Below are positions 8,876 to 17,521 of a DNA stretch of 64,000 bases, in pieces. The notes beneath the pieces were generated by a model, which had not been told where the DNA came from, searched no databases, and worked only from the letters and a program-made list of their open reading frames with translations. The translations under genes were made by a program, and so were the position numbers. Numbering within the stretch: the first letter of the stretch is position 1; each line of letters opens with the position of its first letter. Origin of the DNA: a virus; the IMG/VR virus record IMGVR_UViG_3300046501_000460, positions 23,575 through 87,574 of that record; one strand, given 5' to 3'.

Positions 8876-10918
8876 ATGTCCGACCAATTCCACCTCTTTT
8901 CCAAAGCCGTGCACGCCCAGTTTACCGAGATGATCAAGGGCGAGCTCTTCGTCGTCGACATCGACGGCGACACCCTGTACGAAGCCTACCAGGCGGCCTT
9001 TCCGGCCGGCACCAACGAGATCTTCCGCACGCGGCGCGAGCACGAGTGCAGCTGCTGTGAGAATTTCATCCGCAACATCGGCAACGTGGTGTCGATCCGC
9101 GACGGCAAGCTGGTGACGGTGTGGGATGTGACGGTGCTGGCGCTGCCGGTCCCGTACGGACAGGTGGCCAGCACACTTGCCGCGGCGGTCCGCGCCGGTA
9201 CGATCAAGTCCGTGTTCCGCAGCGAGATGCCGTCCTATGGCGCCGAGAAGACGGCCGAGCCGGCCAACGAAAAGAACGGCGGTTGCCAGATTATCTGGAA
9301 CCACTTCCACGGCAAGGTCGCCAAGGCGCACTATGCCGGCAAGGAAGCCGCGGCGCGCATCGGCGAGGCAGCCGCGCTGGCCCAGGTGCTGGGCCGCGGC
9401 TTGCGCGAGATCCGCCCGGACGATGTCCAGACCGTGCTCGAGCTGATCGACGCGAACGCGCTGTATCGCGGCGCCGAGAAGCGCCATGTCGTGCAGGGCT
9501 TCCAGCACCTGCAGGGTGACTTTCTGCTCACCGAGACCGAGCAGGAGGACCTGTTCATCTGGTCCAACATCTCCCACCCGGCTGCGCGCACCCGAAACGA
9601 CGTCATCGGCACGCTGCTGACAGACCTTGCGGAAGGCAAGCCGCTGGAACTGGCCGTCAAGTCCTACGAGGACAAGGTGTCGGGCACGAACTACAAGCGC
9701 CCGACGGCCTTGATCACGCCGCGCATGGTGGAAGACGCGATGAGGACCGTGCAGGAACTGGGCCTCGAGCCCGCGCTGCAGCGCCGCTTCGCGCGCATCG
9801 ACGACGTGTCCGTCAACGATATCCGCTTCGTCGACAACGCGGTGCGCGGCCGCATGAAGGGCGGCCTGTCCGATCTGCTGATGGCCGAGGCGAAGAAGAA
9901 CGTGACGGTCGACGCCGGCGCCGCGCAGGATATCGGCGTCGACGACTTCCTCGCGACCGTCGTGCCGAAGGCGAAGTCGATGTCGGTGCTGCTGAAGAAC
10001 CGGCACCTGCCGAACTTCGTCAGCCTGACGGCGCCTGTGCACGCCGACGCGCCGCCGCTGTTCAAATGGGACAACGGCTTCGCCTGGTCGTACGACGGCA
10101 ACGTGACCGATTCGATCAAGGATCGCGTGAAGGCGGCCGGCGGCGTTACTGACGCGGTGATGCGTGTGTCGCTGGCCTGGTTTAATTTCGACGACCTCGA
10201 CCTGCATGCGATCGAGCCGGGCGGCCATGAGATCTGCTTCCACCAGTACCGCAAGGGTCGTACCCCGGCCTTCTCCCCGAACGGCGGCCAGCTCGACGTC
10301 GACATGAATGCCGGCGGCGGCTCCACTCGTAACGCGGTCGAGAACATCATCTGGCAGAAGGTGCCCGGCGACGGCGAGTACCGCGTTGTCGTGCACAATT
10401 ATTCGAAGCGCGAGACCACCGATAACGGCTACACGCTGGAAGTCGAATTCGGCGGTGTCGTGCGCCAGTTCAGCTGCCCGGTCTCGCCGCGCAACAACGG
10501 CCAGGACCTCGCGCTGGTGATCACGATGAAGGGCGGCCGCATCGCGCAGATCCAGTGCGGCGTCGGCATCGAAGCCGGCGACAAGGCGCAGGAGAAGTGG
10601 GGCGTGCACACCGAGCAGTTCGTGAAGGTCGACACCCTGATGCTCTCGCCCAATCACTGGGGTGAGCAGGCCGTCGGCGCCAAGCACACGATCTTCATCC
10701 TCGACGGCTGCAAGAATCCGGCGCCGACGCGCGGCGTCTACAACGAGTTCCTGCGCAGCGACCTCGACAAGCACCGCAAGGTGTTCGAACTGCTGGGCGC
10801 GAAGACCATGTGCCAGCCCGCCGCCGACCAGCTGTCCGGCGTCGGCTTTACGGCGGCGCGCGGCGATGAAGTCGTCGTCCAGGTGGACGGCGGCCGGCAG
10901 TACAACGTGAAGTTCTAA
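8876..10918 (+). CDS. 680-aa phage protein with YfaP/DUF2135-like domain and N-terminal HxCxCC motif
   Basis: SLAW...DLDLH..EP...GGQLDVD.N...ENI....GEY.V.VHNY pattern; strong codon bias. Confidence 0.8.
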   Translation: MSDQFHLFSKAVHAQFTEMIKGELFVVDIDGDTLYEAYQAAFPAGTNEIFRTRREHECSCCENFIRNIGNVVSIRDGKLVTVWDVTVLALPVPYGQVASTLAAAVRAGTIKSVFRSEMPSYGAEKTAEPANEKNGGCQIIWNHFHGKVAKAHYAGKEAAARIGEAAALAQVLGRGLREIRPDDVQTVLELIDANALYRGAEKRHVVQGFQHLQGDFLLTETEQEDLFIWSNISHPAARTRNDVIGTLLTDLAEGKPLELAVKSYEDKVSGTNYKRPTALITPRMVEDAMRTVQELGLEPALQRRFARIDDVSVNDIRFVDNAVRGRMKGGLSDLLMAEAKKNVTVDAGAAQDIGVDDFLATVVPKAKSMSVLLKNRHLPNFVSLTAPVHADAPPLFKWDNGFAWSYDGNVTDSIKDRVKAAGGVTDAVMRVSLAWFNFDDLDLHAIEPGGHEICFHQYRKGRTPAFSPNGGQLDVDMNAGGGSTRNAVENIIWQKVPGDGEYRVVVHNYSKRETTDNGYTLEVEFGGVVRQFSCPVSPRNNGQDLALVITMKGGRIAQIQCGVGIEAGDKAQEKWGVHTEQFVKVDTLMLSPNHWGEQAVGAKHTIFILDGCKNPAPTRGVYNEFLRSDLDKHRKVFELLGAKTMCQPAADQLSGVGFTAARGDEVVVQVDGGRQYNVKF

Positions 10919-10946
10919 CCACCCACCCACCATGAAAGGAAATACC

Positions 10947-11384
10947 ATGTCTGAAAACACCGTCAACATCTTCGAGCAAGCGACCCGCCAGAAGCTGCGC
11001 TTCGATACGCCCACGCACTCCGGCCTCTCCATCGAGCAGCTGTGGGATCTGCCGCTGCAGACCACCCGCACCAACCAGTCCGACCTCGACGGCGCCGGCC
11101 GTGTGCTGATCAAGGCGCTGCGCGAGCTCGACGACGACAGCCTCGTCACGCCGCGCAACACCGATGCGCATGCCGAACTGGAACTGAAGCTGGCCGTCGT
11201 CAAGCACATCATCGGCGTGCGCCAGGCCGAAGGTGCTGCCAAGGCGGCACGCGTCGCTGCAGCAGGCGAGGCCCAGCAGCTGGAATCCCTGCTTGCGACG
11301 AAGAAGGCGGCCGAGCTGCAGAACCTGCCGACCGAGGAAATCGAGAAGCGCCTGGCCGAGGCCCGCGCCCGCGCCGCCAGCTGA
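10947..11384 (+). CDS. Helical phage protein (IFEQATR.KLRF...LS.EQLWDLPL)
   Basis: AAAGGA RBS; C-terminal coiled coil. Confidence 0.85.
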   Translation: MSENTVNIFEQATRQKLRFDTPTHSGLSIEQLWDLPLQTTRTNQSDLDGAGRVLIKALRELDDDSLVTPRNTDAHAELELKLAVVKHIIGVRQAEGAAKAARVAAAGEAQQLESLLATKKAAELQNLPTEEIEKRLAEARARAAS

Positions 11385-11393
11385 TCAACGTGA

Positions 11394-11413
11394 CGGGAGG
11401 CTGCGGCCTCCCG
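11394..11413 (+). terminator. GC-rich stem-loop (CGGGAGGC-TGCG-GCCTCCCG); possible terminator or processing hairpin
   Basis: Perfect 8-bp stem just after stop 11384, but no U-tract. Confidence 0.45.
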
Positions 11414-11462
11414 CTGGAGAAACCTATGAAGAAACGCCGCATCGCCAAGCCGGAGGTCGAAG

Positions 11463-11699
11463 ATGCCTGACCGACGCTGGCACACCACCTGGTGGTGGTT
11501 CCTGATCGGCTGGGTCTGGCACGGCGAGCGCCGCTCCGGCTTCGACCGGCGCCAGCGCACCGCCGACCTGCCCGCCATCAACCGCACACTGCTCGGCCTG
11601 CCGATCGTCATCGACGACAGCGTGCCGCCCGGGCATGTCGAATTCCGCAGCGGCCGGCGCACGGTCGACATCGAAATTAATACGAAGGAAGAAAAATGA
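11463..11699 (+). CDS. Hypothetical protein
   Basis: GGAGG RBS; LLGLPIVIDDSVPPG.VEF. Confidence 0.65.
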   Translation: MPDRRWHTTWWWFLIGWVWHGERRSGFDRRQRTADLPAINRTLLGLPIVIDDSVPPGHVEFRSGRRTVDIEINTKEEK

Positions 11700-12004
11700 A
11701 AGTCCAACTGTACGCCTACCTGACCGAATTCGATATGCAGTACCTCAAGCCGGAAGACCTGCGCGATGTCGACAAGTTGGTTCCCCAGCTGCACTACTCC
11801 ACCGTGGATCCGGCCCGGATCAGCAACGTGACCGTCGGCACCGCCGAGATCGATGTCGAGCTGCTGCCGCCCGAGCAGATCATCGGCAATGCCGTGCTGT
11901 CCCTGCGCTCCAAGGCGGCTGGTGTTCGCGCCAAGGCGACGGCCGAGGCGGCCGTGTTGGAAGGTAAGGCGCAGCAGCTGCTGGCCATCGAGAACAAATC
12001 GTAG
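11696..12004 (+). CDS. Hypothetical protein
   Basis: AAGGA RBS, ATGA overlap. Confidence 0.8.
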   Translation: MKVQLYAYLTEFDMQYLKPEDLRDVDKLVPQLHYSTVDPARISNVTVGTAEIDVELLPPEQIIGNAVLSLRSKAAGVRAKATAEAAVLEGKAQQLLAIENKS

Positions 12005-12054
12005 AGCTATACACCTTTTACCTGTGGTAGAGTTCTGCTTTCGTTGGAGGAACT

Positions 12055-12744
12055 ATGCCGCAGAGAAAATACCTGATTGGCCAAAAATTTGGCCGTCTCA
12101 CCGTGGTAGCGATCGCTGCCGAATCCGAGTGGACGCCATCACCGTTCCGAAAGGGGCGGCAGCCTGTTCCCTGGAAGTGCCTTTGTGATTGCGGTAAGAC
12201 CGTATTCACGGACACCAGTCACCTGACCAAGGGGAACACACGAAGCTGTGGGTGCCTCCAGAGGGACGTGACAAGTGTTCGAGCCAGGTCCCATGGGCAT
12301 TCCACAGGCGGCAAGCTATCGCCAACCTACCACAGCTGGGCGGCCATGTGGACCCGAGTCACCAACCCGAGGCAGCGCAGTTTCAAGGACTACGGTGCGC
12401 GCGGAATTACTGTCTGCCCAGAGTGGAAATCCTTCGAGCGATTCCTTGCGGATATGGGCGAGAGGCCAAGCGGGCTGACCCTGGAAAGGTGCCGTGTGAA
12501 CGAAGGGTACAGACCGGACAACTGTTATTGGGCGGACGGCGAAACTCAGGGAAACAACCGGCAGGCGCAGCGTAAATACTTTGTGGATGGCCGATGGTAC
12601 GGACTACTGCAGCTTTCGAGGTACTGGGGCCTGAACCCGTATCAGACACGGAAGCGCATTTCGAATTCTTCAATTAAAGACAATACAGGAGGTGTTTATG
12701 GGCTGGCTCTGGATGCACAAGCCGAAAGGCATGAAGGTCGCTGA
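12055..12744 (+). CDS. HNH-type (putative homing) endonuclease
   Basis: GQKFGRLTV, CLCDCG, SCGC, YGARGITVC.EW..F..F..DMG, TLER..N.GY.PDNC.W; lower GC than flanks. Confidence 0.88.
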   Translation: MPQRKYLIGQKFGRLTVVAIAAESEWTPSPFRKGRQPVPWKCLCDCGKTVFTDTSHLTKGNTRSCGCLQRDVTSVRARSHGHSTGGKLSPTYHSWAAMWTRVTNPRQRSFKDYGARGITVCPEWKSFERFLADMGERPSGLTLERCRVNEGYRPDNCYWADGETQGNNRQAQRKYFVDGRWYGLLQLSRYWGLNPYQTRKRISNSSIKDNTGGVYGLALDAQAERHEGR

Positions 12745-13240
12745 TTTCTTGATCAACTATTCCGGTGCGTTGCGTTGGTCAGAGTCTCCGTACACGTATC
12801 GTGTGCTCGATCATTCAATAGTACGGTTGAGAACTGCGTATTTTGCAGTGGAGCAGGTCCACAAGGAGACCGGCGAGCGCCGCGTCTGGGCCGCCGTGTT
12901 CCTGCTTGGCTTCTGCCCGAAGAGCGAGCACAACTTCGGTTACAAGGACATGGATGAGAGCTGCGGACCTTGCGAGAGTGAGTGCCCCGAACGCATCCTC
13001 GACCTGCTCACGCCGACCGAATACGAGCACGCGATCGACTGGCGCGCTCGCTGCCGCGCGTACCACGAGCGGCGCCGCGCGCGGCCGAAGATCAAGGTCG
13101 GCGACACGTTGGTGTACGGCGGTCGCGATTATCGCGTCAGCAGCCGGGCTGGTCGCTCGTGGTTGATCGTCGGCACCGATGGCTGCCAGTATCGAATGAC
13201 CGATGCGCGCGCCCGCCGCGCGGAAGTGAGGCCGGCATGA
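12698..13240 (+). CDS. DUF6927-like protein
   Basis: MGW..., FGYKDMDES.GP...CP..ILDLLT...A..WR.RCR; AGGAGG RBS. Confidence 0.75.
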   Translation: MGWLWMHKPKGMKVADFLINYSGALRWSESPYTYRVLDHSIVRLRTAYFAVEQVHKETGERRVWAAVFLLGFCPKSEHNFGYKDMDESCGPCESECPERILDLLTPTEYEHAIDWRARCRAYHERRRARPKIKVGDTLVYGGRDYRVSSRAGRSWLIVGTDGCQYRMTDARARRAEVRPA

Positions 13241-13740
13241 GCACCCGACGCCGCGGCGTGCCGCACAACCCGGCCGCCGGCTACGCCTTCACCCTGCTCG
13301 ACGAGATCCGCGCCTCCAAAACCGACCCGCTGCCGCTGGCACAGCGGCAGGCGCGCGTGAAGGATGCACGCGACAACCTCGCCATGCTGACGCACGGCGC
13401 CGAACCGTCGCGCTTTCACTGGCGCGTGCTGGCCACGGTCGGCAACATCTTCGAGGTGATGCTCGAACTTGAGATGGTGAACGATCCGGAGGGCCTGCTG
13501 TGGAAGGCCCAGAACACGCTCAAGGCGGCCGCCGAATACTCGATCGAGCACGGCGTCGCTCCGCGGCTTGTGGGCGAGGAGGCCGAGACGATCGCGTCCC
13601 TGATCAACGCCTACGAGGAGGTGATGGCGGTGATCTCGCATCGCGAATTCATCCGGGTGCTGCGCGAGACCGACAAGCGCATGCGCGTGCTGCGGCCCGG
13701 CGACTACAACGCTAACCCTGCCAAGCGCCGCAAACCCTGA
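13237..13740 (+). CDS. Hypothetical helical protein
   Basis: ATGA overlap. Confidence 0.8.
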   Translation: MSTRRRGVPHNPAAGYAFTLLDEIRASKTDPLPLAQRQARVKDARDNLAMLTHGAEPSRFHWRVLATVGNIFEVMLELEMVNDPEGLLWKAQNTLKAAAEYSIEHGVAPRLVGEEAETIASLINAYEEVMAVISHREFIRVLRETDKRMRVLRPGDYNANPAKRRKP

Positions 13741-13741
13741 C

Positions 13742-14140
13742 ATGGCCGACTATCACATCCCTGTGTTCCTCGAACAGCCTGTCGTCGAGGAGCCGCCCAA
13801 ACCCCCACCGCGCCGCGTCCGGCCGCCTGTCGACACGTTCGAGACGGTCAGCGAGCGGATCGAAAGCCTCAGAGCGCACCTCGCCGTTTACCGGGCCCGG
13901 GTCACGAATCTGACCCAGCGTGCCGCTGTGCTGCGTGAGCAGGCGCGCCAGCTGGAGCTGCAGGCCGAAGAGCTCGATCCCATCATGCAGGACATCAGCC
14001 GGGTCCGCAACGTCCTGTACCAGAAGCGGCTGCGGCTGCGGCTGCGCCCACCACCCGAAGGAGAAACAACATGTTCCACCCCTACGTCATCAGCCTCGAC
14101 AACGACAAGTACCGCGTCATCAACGACAACGGAATCCTGA
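13742..14140 (+). CDS. Hypothetical coiled-coil protein
   Basis: ORF; 3' end overlaps next gene. Confidence 0.6.
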   Translation: MADYHIPVFLEQPVVEEPPKPPPRRVRPPVDTFETVSERIESLRAHLAVYRARVTNLTQRAAVLREQARQLELQAEELDPIMQDISRVRNVLYQKRLRLRLRPPPEGETTCSTPTSSASTTTSTASSTTTES

Positions 14141-14379
14141 CCTTTCTGCGCTACGGTGCCGCGTGGCCGTCAGCGCAGGAAAGCCTGGCGTTTTCGAAGG
14201 TCGTGCTGGCCATGGCCCAGCGCATCGAGGAGCTGGAGGTCGCGATCGGCGAGGTGCTGGGCGGTACCATGCAGGCGAATGGGCAGCGCGCTACGGATGG
14301 CATGAAGTATGCCGCCGTGATGGGCAAGCCAGTCGGGCACTGGCAGGAGCGCCTGCAGCGCGTGCTGGAGCAGAAATAA
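14071..14379 (+). CDS. Hypothetical protein
   Basis: AAGGAG RBS. Confidence 0.8.
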   Translation: MFHPYVISLDNDKYRVINDNGILTFLRYGAAWPSAQESLAFSKVVLAMAQRIEELEVAIGEVLGGTMQANGQRATDGMKYAAVMGKPVGHWQERLQRVLEQK

Positions 14380-14957
14380 TGCCCACCCCAACCCTCACCC
14401 GCAAGCAGTACCTCGGCCGCCGGCAGGAGATGTTCGAGAAGTGGCTGGTCGAGCGCGGCGCCGAATTGCTCACGCCCACCAACGAATGGGAGCTGCTGCG
14501 CTTCCGGACCGAGAAGGGCACCGGCATCATCTACACGAACAAGCACGGCCATCTGACGTGGATGGGCCCGGCTACTGAGGCATACCTTGCGCACGTCAGC
14601 AACCGGTCCAGCTGGCGCGCGGTGCCTAGGGAGGAGCGCAAGTACAAGTCGAGCCCGACGTGCCAGGCGCTGCGCCGGCGCGACGGCGATGCTTGCTTTT
14701 ACTGCCATCTGCCGGTCGCCGTCGAGGACGAGTCGGTCGAGCACCTCGTGAACCTGACGCATCAAGGTCCGGACCACATCGCCAACATGGCGCTGGCGCA
14801 CCGCGACTGCAACCGCGAGGCCGGCCATCTGTCGGTGATGGAGAAGATCCGCTTCCGCGAGACGTGCTGGCAGCGCCTGCACACGCATGGCACGCTGGCG
14901 AACCCTGCGCTGGAGATGGTCGAGGCGCCCGGCGAAATCACACCACCTTGGGACTGA
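14379..14957 (+). CDS. HNH endonuclease-domain protein
   Basis: RRDGDACFYC...SVEHL...NMALAHRDCN. Confidence 0.85.
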   Translation: MPTPTLTRKQYLGRRQEMFEKWLVERGAELLTPTNEWELLRFRTEKGTGIIYTNKHGHLTWMGPATEAYLAHVSNRSSWRAVPREERKYKSSPTCQALRRRDGDACFYCHLPVAVEDESVEHLVNLTHQGPDHIANMALAHRDCNREAGHLSVMEKIRFRETCWQRLHTHGTLANPALEMVEAPGEITPPWD

Positions 14958-14959
14958 AT

Positions 14960-15277
14960 ATGGAACACGGAAAACCACACACCACGAAGCACGTCGCCAT
15001 GTATTGCGACTGGAAGGGCGGTGGCCTGGGCGATCTGCTCAAGGTCCGGTTGGAAGGTATGACGCTGATCGACGATCGTGACCTCGCGCGGCTGCTGCAT
15101 TACCAGGCCGTGATGGAAGCTGAGCCGCTGCCATCGCATGTCGTCGACGTCCTACATCTGGCGCTCAAGGCGCTGGGCGGCCCGCGCGGCGCCAAGCCGA
15201 AAACGCAGAAGGGCATCGACGCGAGGGAGGCGATCCGCAACCTCCTTGCGACAGCGCCGATCGAGAGGGAGGCCTGA
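14960..15277 (+). CDS. Hypothetical protein
   Basis: ORF in operon. Confidence 0.65.
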   Translation: MEHGKPHTTKHVAMYCDWKGGGLGDLLKVRLEGMTLIDDRDLARLLHYQAVMEAEPLPSHVVDVLHLALKALGGPRGAKPKTQKGIDAREAIRNLLATAPIEREA

Positions 15278-15278
15278 T

Positions 15279-15521
15279 ATGAACCCACCAACCATCCGAG
15301 AAGCCCTCGACCACCTGAGCGAACACTACGGCCTGACGGCAGCCCAGGTGCGGGAACTGGTGCGCACGCCGCTGCATCCACGCGAGTTGCGTGATGAGTT
15401 TGCCGGTCGCGCCATGCAGACGCTCGTTGGTCAGGGCTGGCCTGATGCCGGCCGCATGGCCGAGGAGGTGTACAAGGTGGCCGATGCCATGCTCGCGGCC
15501 CGATTGCCCAAGGAGACCTGA
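15279..15521 (+). CDS. Hypothetical protein (LRDEFAGRAMQ...YKVADAMLAAR)
   Basis: Recurrent small-phage-protein motif; GGAGG RBS. Confidence 0.8.
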   Translation: MNPPTIREALDHLSEHYGLTAAQVRELVRTPLHPRELRDEFAGRAMQTLVGQGWPDAGRMAEEVYKVADAMLAARLPKET

Positions 15522-15522
15522 C

Positions 15523-15702
15523 ATGAACCTCTGGAGCGTCACCATCACGTTCACCGACGGCACCTACTACAGCGACATCTGGGCCACGACGCCCGGCGGC
15601 GCGCTGCAGCTGGCCCTGACGGACGCGCGCGGCGTCGAGACCACGCCGCTCTTCACCGGCGAGGTGCGCGACGTCGTCATCAACTGGAAGGAAAAATCAT
15701 GA
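15523..15702 (+). CDS. Hypothetical protein
   Basis: AAGGAG RBS. Confidence 0.7.
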   Translation: MNLWSVTITFTDGTYYSDIWATTPGGALQLALTDARGVETTPLFTGEVRDVVINWKEKS

Positions 15703-15953
15703 TGTATCTCTACGGCATGCGCGTCATCGAGTCGCCCTACGTTAATGACGCAGCCCGGTTCGAACTGGGTCCGGGCGTGCGCCAGTTCCTGACGCCGGAA
15801 TACCTCGCCCAGTTCGACATCTGGTCGCGCAGCTTCTTCGGCATCAAGCCCACCATCTACAAGGCGCAGGATCCCGCTGGCGACGTGCTGATCGTCTCGC
15901 CGTACGGCTATGAGATCTTATGCCGCGCCGCACCGAAAGAATACCTGCCATGA
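15699..15953 (+). CDS. Hypothetical protein
   Basis: AAGGA RBS, ATGA overlap. Confidence 0.75.
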   Translation: MMYLYGMRVIESPYVNDAARFELGPGVRQFLTPEYLAQFDIWSRSFFGIKPTIYKAQDPAGDVLIVSPYGYEILCRAAPKEYLP

Positions 15954-16174
15954 CTACCCACATCCTGCGCATCGACGCGCACTGCATGGACGTCGAGATG
16001 GAGGCCCTGTTCCTGCGCAACTACGACGTCCGGATCGCCGAGCGCCACAACGCCCCGTGGGAGTGGGCCTTCGTCGGCACTCGCCAGAACCTGGCCCAGA
16101 TGGTCACCGACCACTGGGGCTATCCGGAGGACGAGCTGCCTGGCGTCCTCGACCTGATTAAGGAGCAGACGTGA
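15950..16174 (+). CDS. Hypothetical protein
   Basis: ATGA overlap. Confidence 0.7.
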   Translation: MTTHILRIDAHCMDVEMEALFLRNYDVRIAERHNAPWEWAFVGTRQNLAQMVTDHWGYPEDELPGVLDLIKEQT

Positions 16175-16848
16175 CCACCCACACCGTCCACTTTTCGCGC
16201 ATCGCCAACAACGCCAAGACTGGGCCGATCCCGGTCACCACCAGCAGCCGCAGCACCTGCCCCACGACCTGCGCGTTCAAGAACAACGGCTGCTACGCCG
16301 AGAACTTCCCGCTCAAGCTGCACTGGGACCGCGTCTCGCGCGGCGAGCGCGGTATGGCCTGGGAGGGCCTCGTCGACGAGATCAGCCGGCTGCCGAAGGG
16401 CCAGCTGTGGCGACACAACCAGGCCGGCGATCTGCCGGGCGCGGACGACGTCATCGACGGCGCAGCGCTCAAGCAGCTGGTGCGCGCCAATCGCGGCCGC
16501 CGCGGCTTCACGTACACGCACTACCCGACGTCGCCGGCGAATCTGCGCGCGCTGCGCCACGCGAACAAGAACGGCTTCACGATCAATCTGTCGGCGGACT
16601 CACTGGCCGACGCGGACCGACTTGCTAAGCACCGCTTGCCGATGGTCGTGGTGGTGCCGCAAGGCTGGGAGGGCGGCACCACGCCGGCCGGGCGCAAGGT
16701 GACGCTGTGCCCGGCGCAGTTCATGGACGCCATGAACTGCGCCAACTGCGGGCTGTGTCAAAAAGCCGATAGGCATGCTATCGTCGCGTTTGAAGCGCAC
16801 GGGGCGCGCCGCGCCCATGTGTCGCGCATAGCGAACACGGGGGAATAG
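16171..16848 (+). CDS. Cys-rich putative Fe-S / radical-SAM-like phage protein (gp88/DUF7227-like)
   Basis: N.KTG, CPTTC.....GCYA, RHNQAGD, YTH, CPAQ...C..C.LC, F.AHG. Confidence 0.7.
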   Translation: MTTHTVHFSRIANNAKTGPIPVTTSSRSTCPTTCAFKNNGCYAENFPLKLHWDRVSRGERGMAWEGLVDEISRLPKGQLWRHNQAGDLPGADDVIDGAALKQLVRANRGRRGFTYTHYPTSPANLRALRHANKNGFTINLSADSLADADRLAKHRLPMVVVVPQGWEGGTTPAGRKVTLCPAQFMDAMNCANCGLCQKADRHAIVAFEAHGARRAHVSRIANTGE

Positions 16849-16850
16849 CC

Positions 16851-17039
16851 ATGCTACATACTGTCACCATCACGCATGTCGTCGAAGCCGACACGTGGGA
16901 CGGCGCCATCGAGAAGGTGCTGCGAAATCCGATCGCGCATGTGGCCGACTGCCGGGTCAAGACGCCCGGCAGGCAGCTGATGCACGTCATGGCCAGCGTA
17001 TTCAAGGAGGCGTACGAGCGCCTCCAGCTTACGGCTTGA
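16851..17039 (+). CDS. Hypothetical protein, last gene of early operon
   Basis: GGGGA RBS; converges on minus-strand module. Confidence 0.65.
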   Translation: MLHTVTITHVVEADTWDGAIEKVLRNPIAHVADCRVKTPGRQLMHVMASVFKEAYERLQLTA

Positions 17040-17187
17040 CCTTGATGTAGGTCGGCGCCTTCGCCGGGAGTGCTGGTGGTGACGGTGCTGCAGCCGGCTG
17101 TTCGGCCGACTGCTCTTCGGCCGCGGCCTGGGCGCGCTGCTGCGCGGCGACGAGCGCCGCTGCGCTGAACGTGACTTCCTGTGCCAT
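17029..17187 (-). CDS. Small Ala/Pro-rich protein (52 aa)
   Basis: TGATG coupling with upstream gene, GGAGG RBS. Confidence 0.65.
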   Translation of the reverse strand: MAQEVTFSAAALVAAQQRAQAAAEEQSAEQPAAAPSPPALPAKAPTYIKVKP

Positions 17188-17504
17188 CAATGGTCCTCCA
17201 GATTGAAGTAGATCGTCCGGTCGAAGCGCTCGCCGTTGGCGCAGGTGACGCGCGCCGTGCCGCACGGGCTGGTCGCGTTCGTCGTCCCGTTCGTCACCGA
17301 CAACAGGGCGATGACCGTGGTGCCCTGCACTGTGGGGCCCTGCGTGGCGGTCATGCCAACCAGGTTCAGCGCGGCGGTCGCCGCCGTCGTGGCGCGGTCG
17401 GACAGATCCTTCGTGACGTCCCAGACGACGAAGTTGATGTCGTCCGGATCGATGTCGATCGTCCAACCCTTGGCGCCCATATAAGGTGTGGTTGCGTTTG
17501 CCAT
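17187..17504 (-). CDS. Putative fibre adaptor protein
   Basis: DPDD....WD...L...RVT..NGE.FDRTI.F pattern of small phage fibre adaptors. Confidence 0.65.
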   Translation of the reverse strand: MANATTPYMGAKGWTIDIDPDDINFVVWDVTKDLSDRATTAATAALNLVGMTATQGPTVQGTTVIALLSVTNGTTNATSPCGTARVTCANGERFDRTIYFNLEDH

Positions 17505-17521
17505 GTGTGCCTCGAATAATG

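Noticed and set aside
11426-11470. 14-aa ORF MKKRRIAKPEVEDA after the hairpin
   Set aside because: Has a GGAG RBS but is too short to support without ribosome profiling
8534-11794. 1086-aa antisense ORF
   Set aside because: Codon-aligned shadow of GC3-biased sense genes; no RBS and no recognisable motifs
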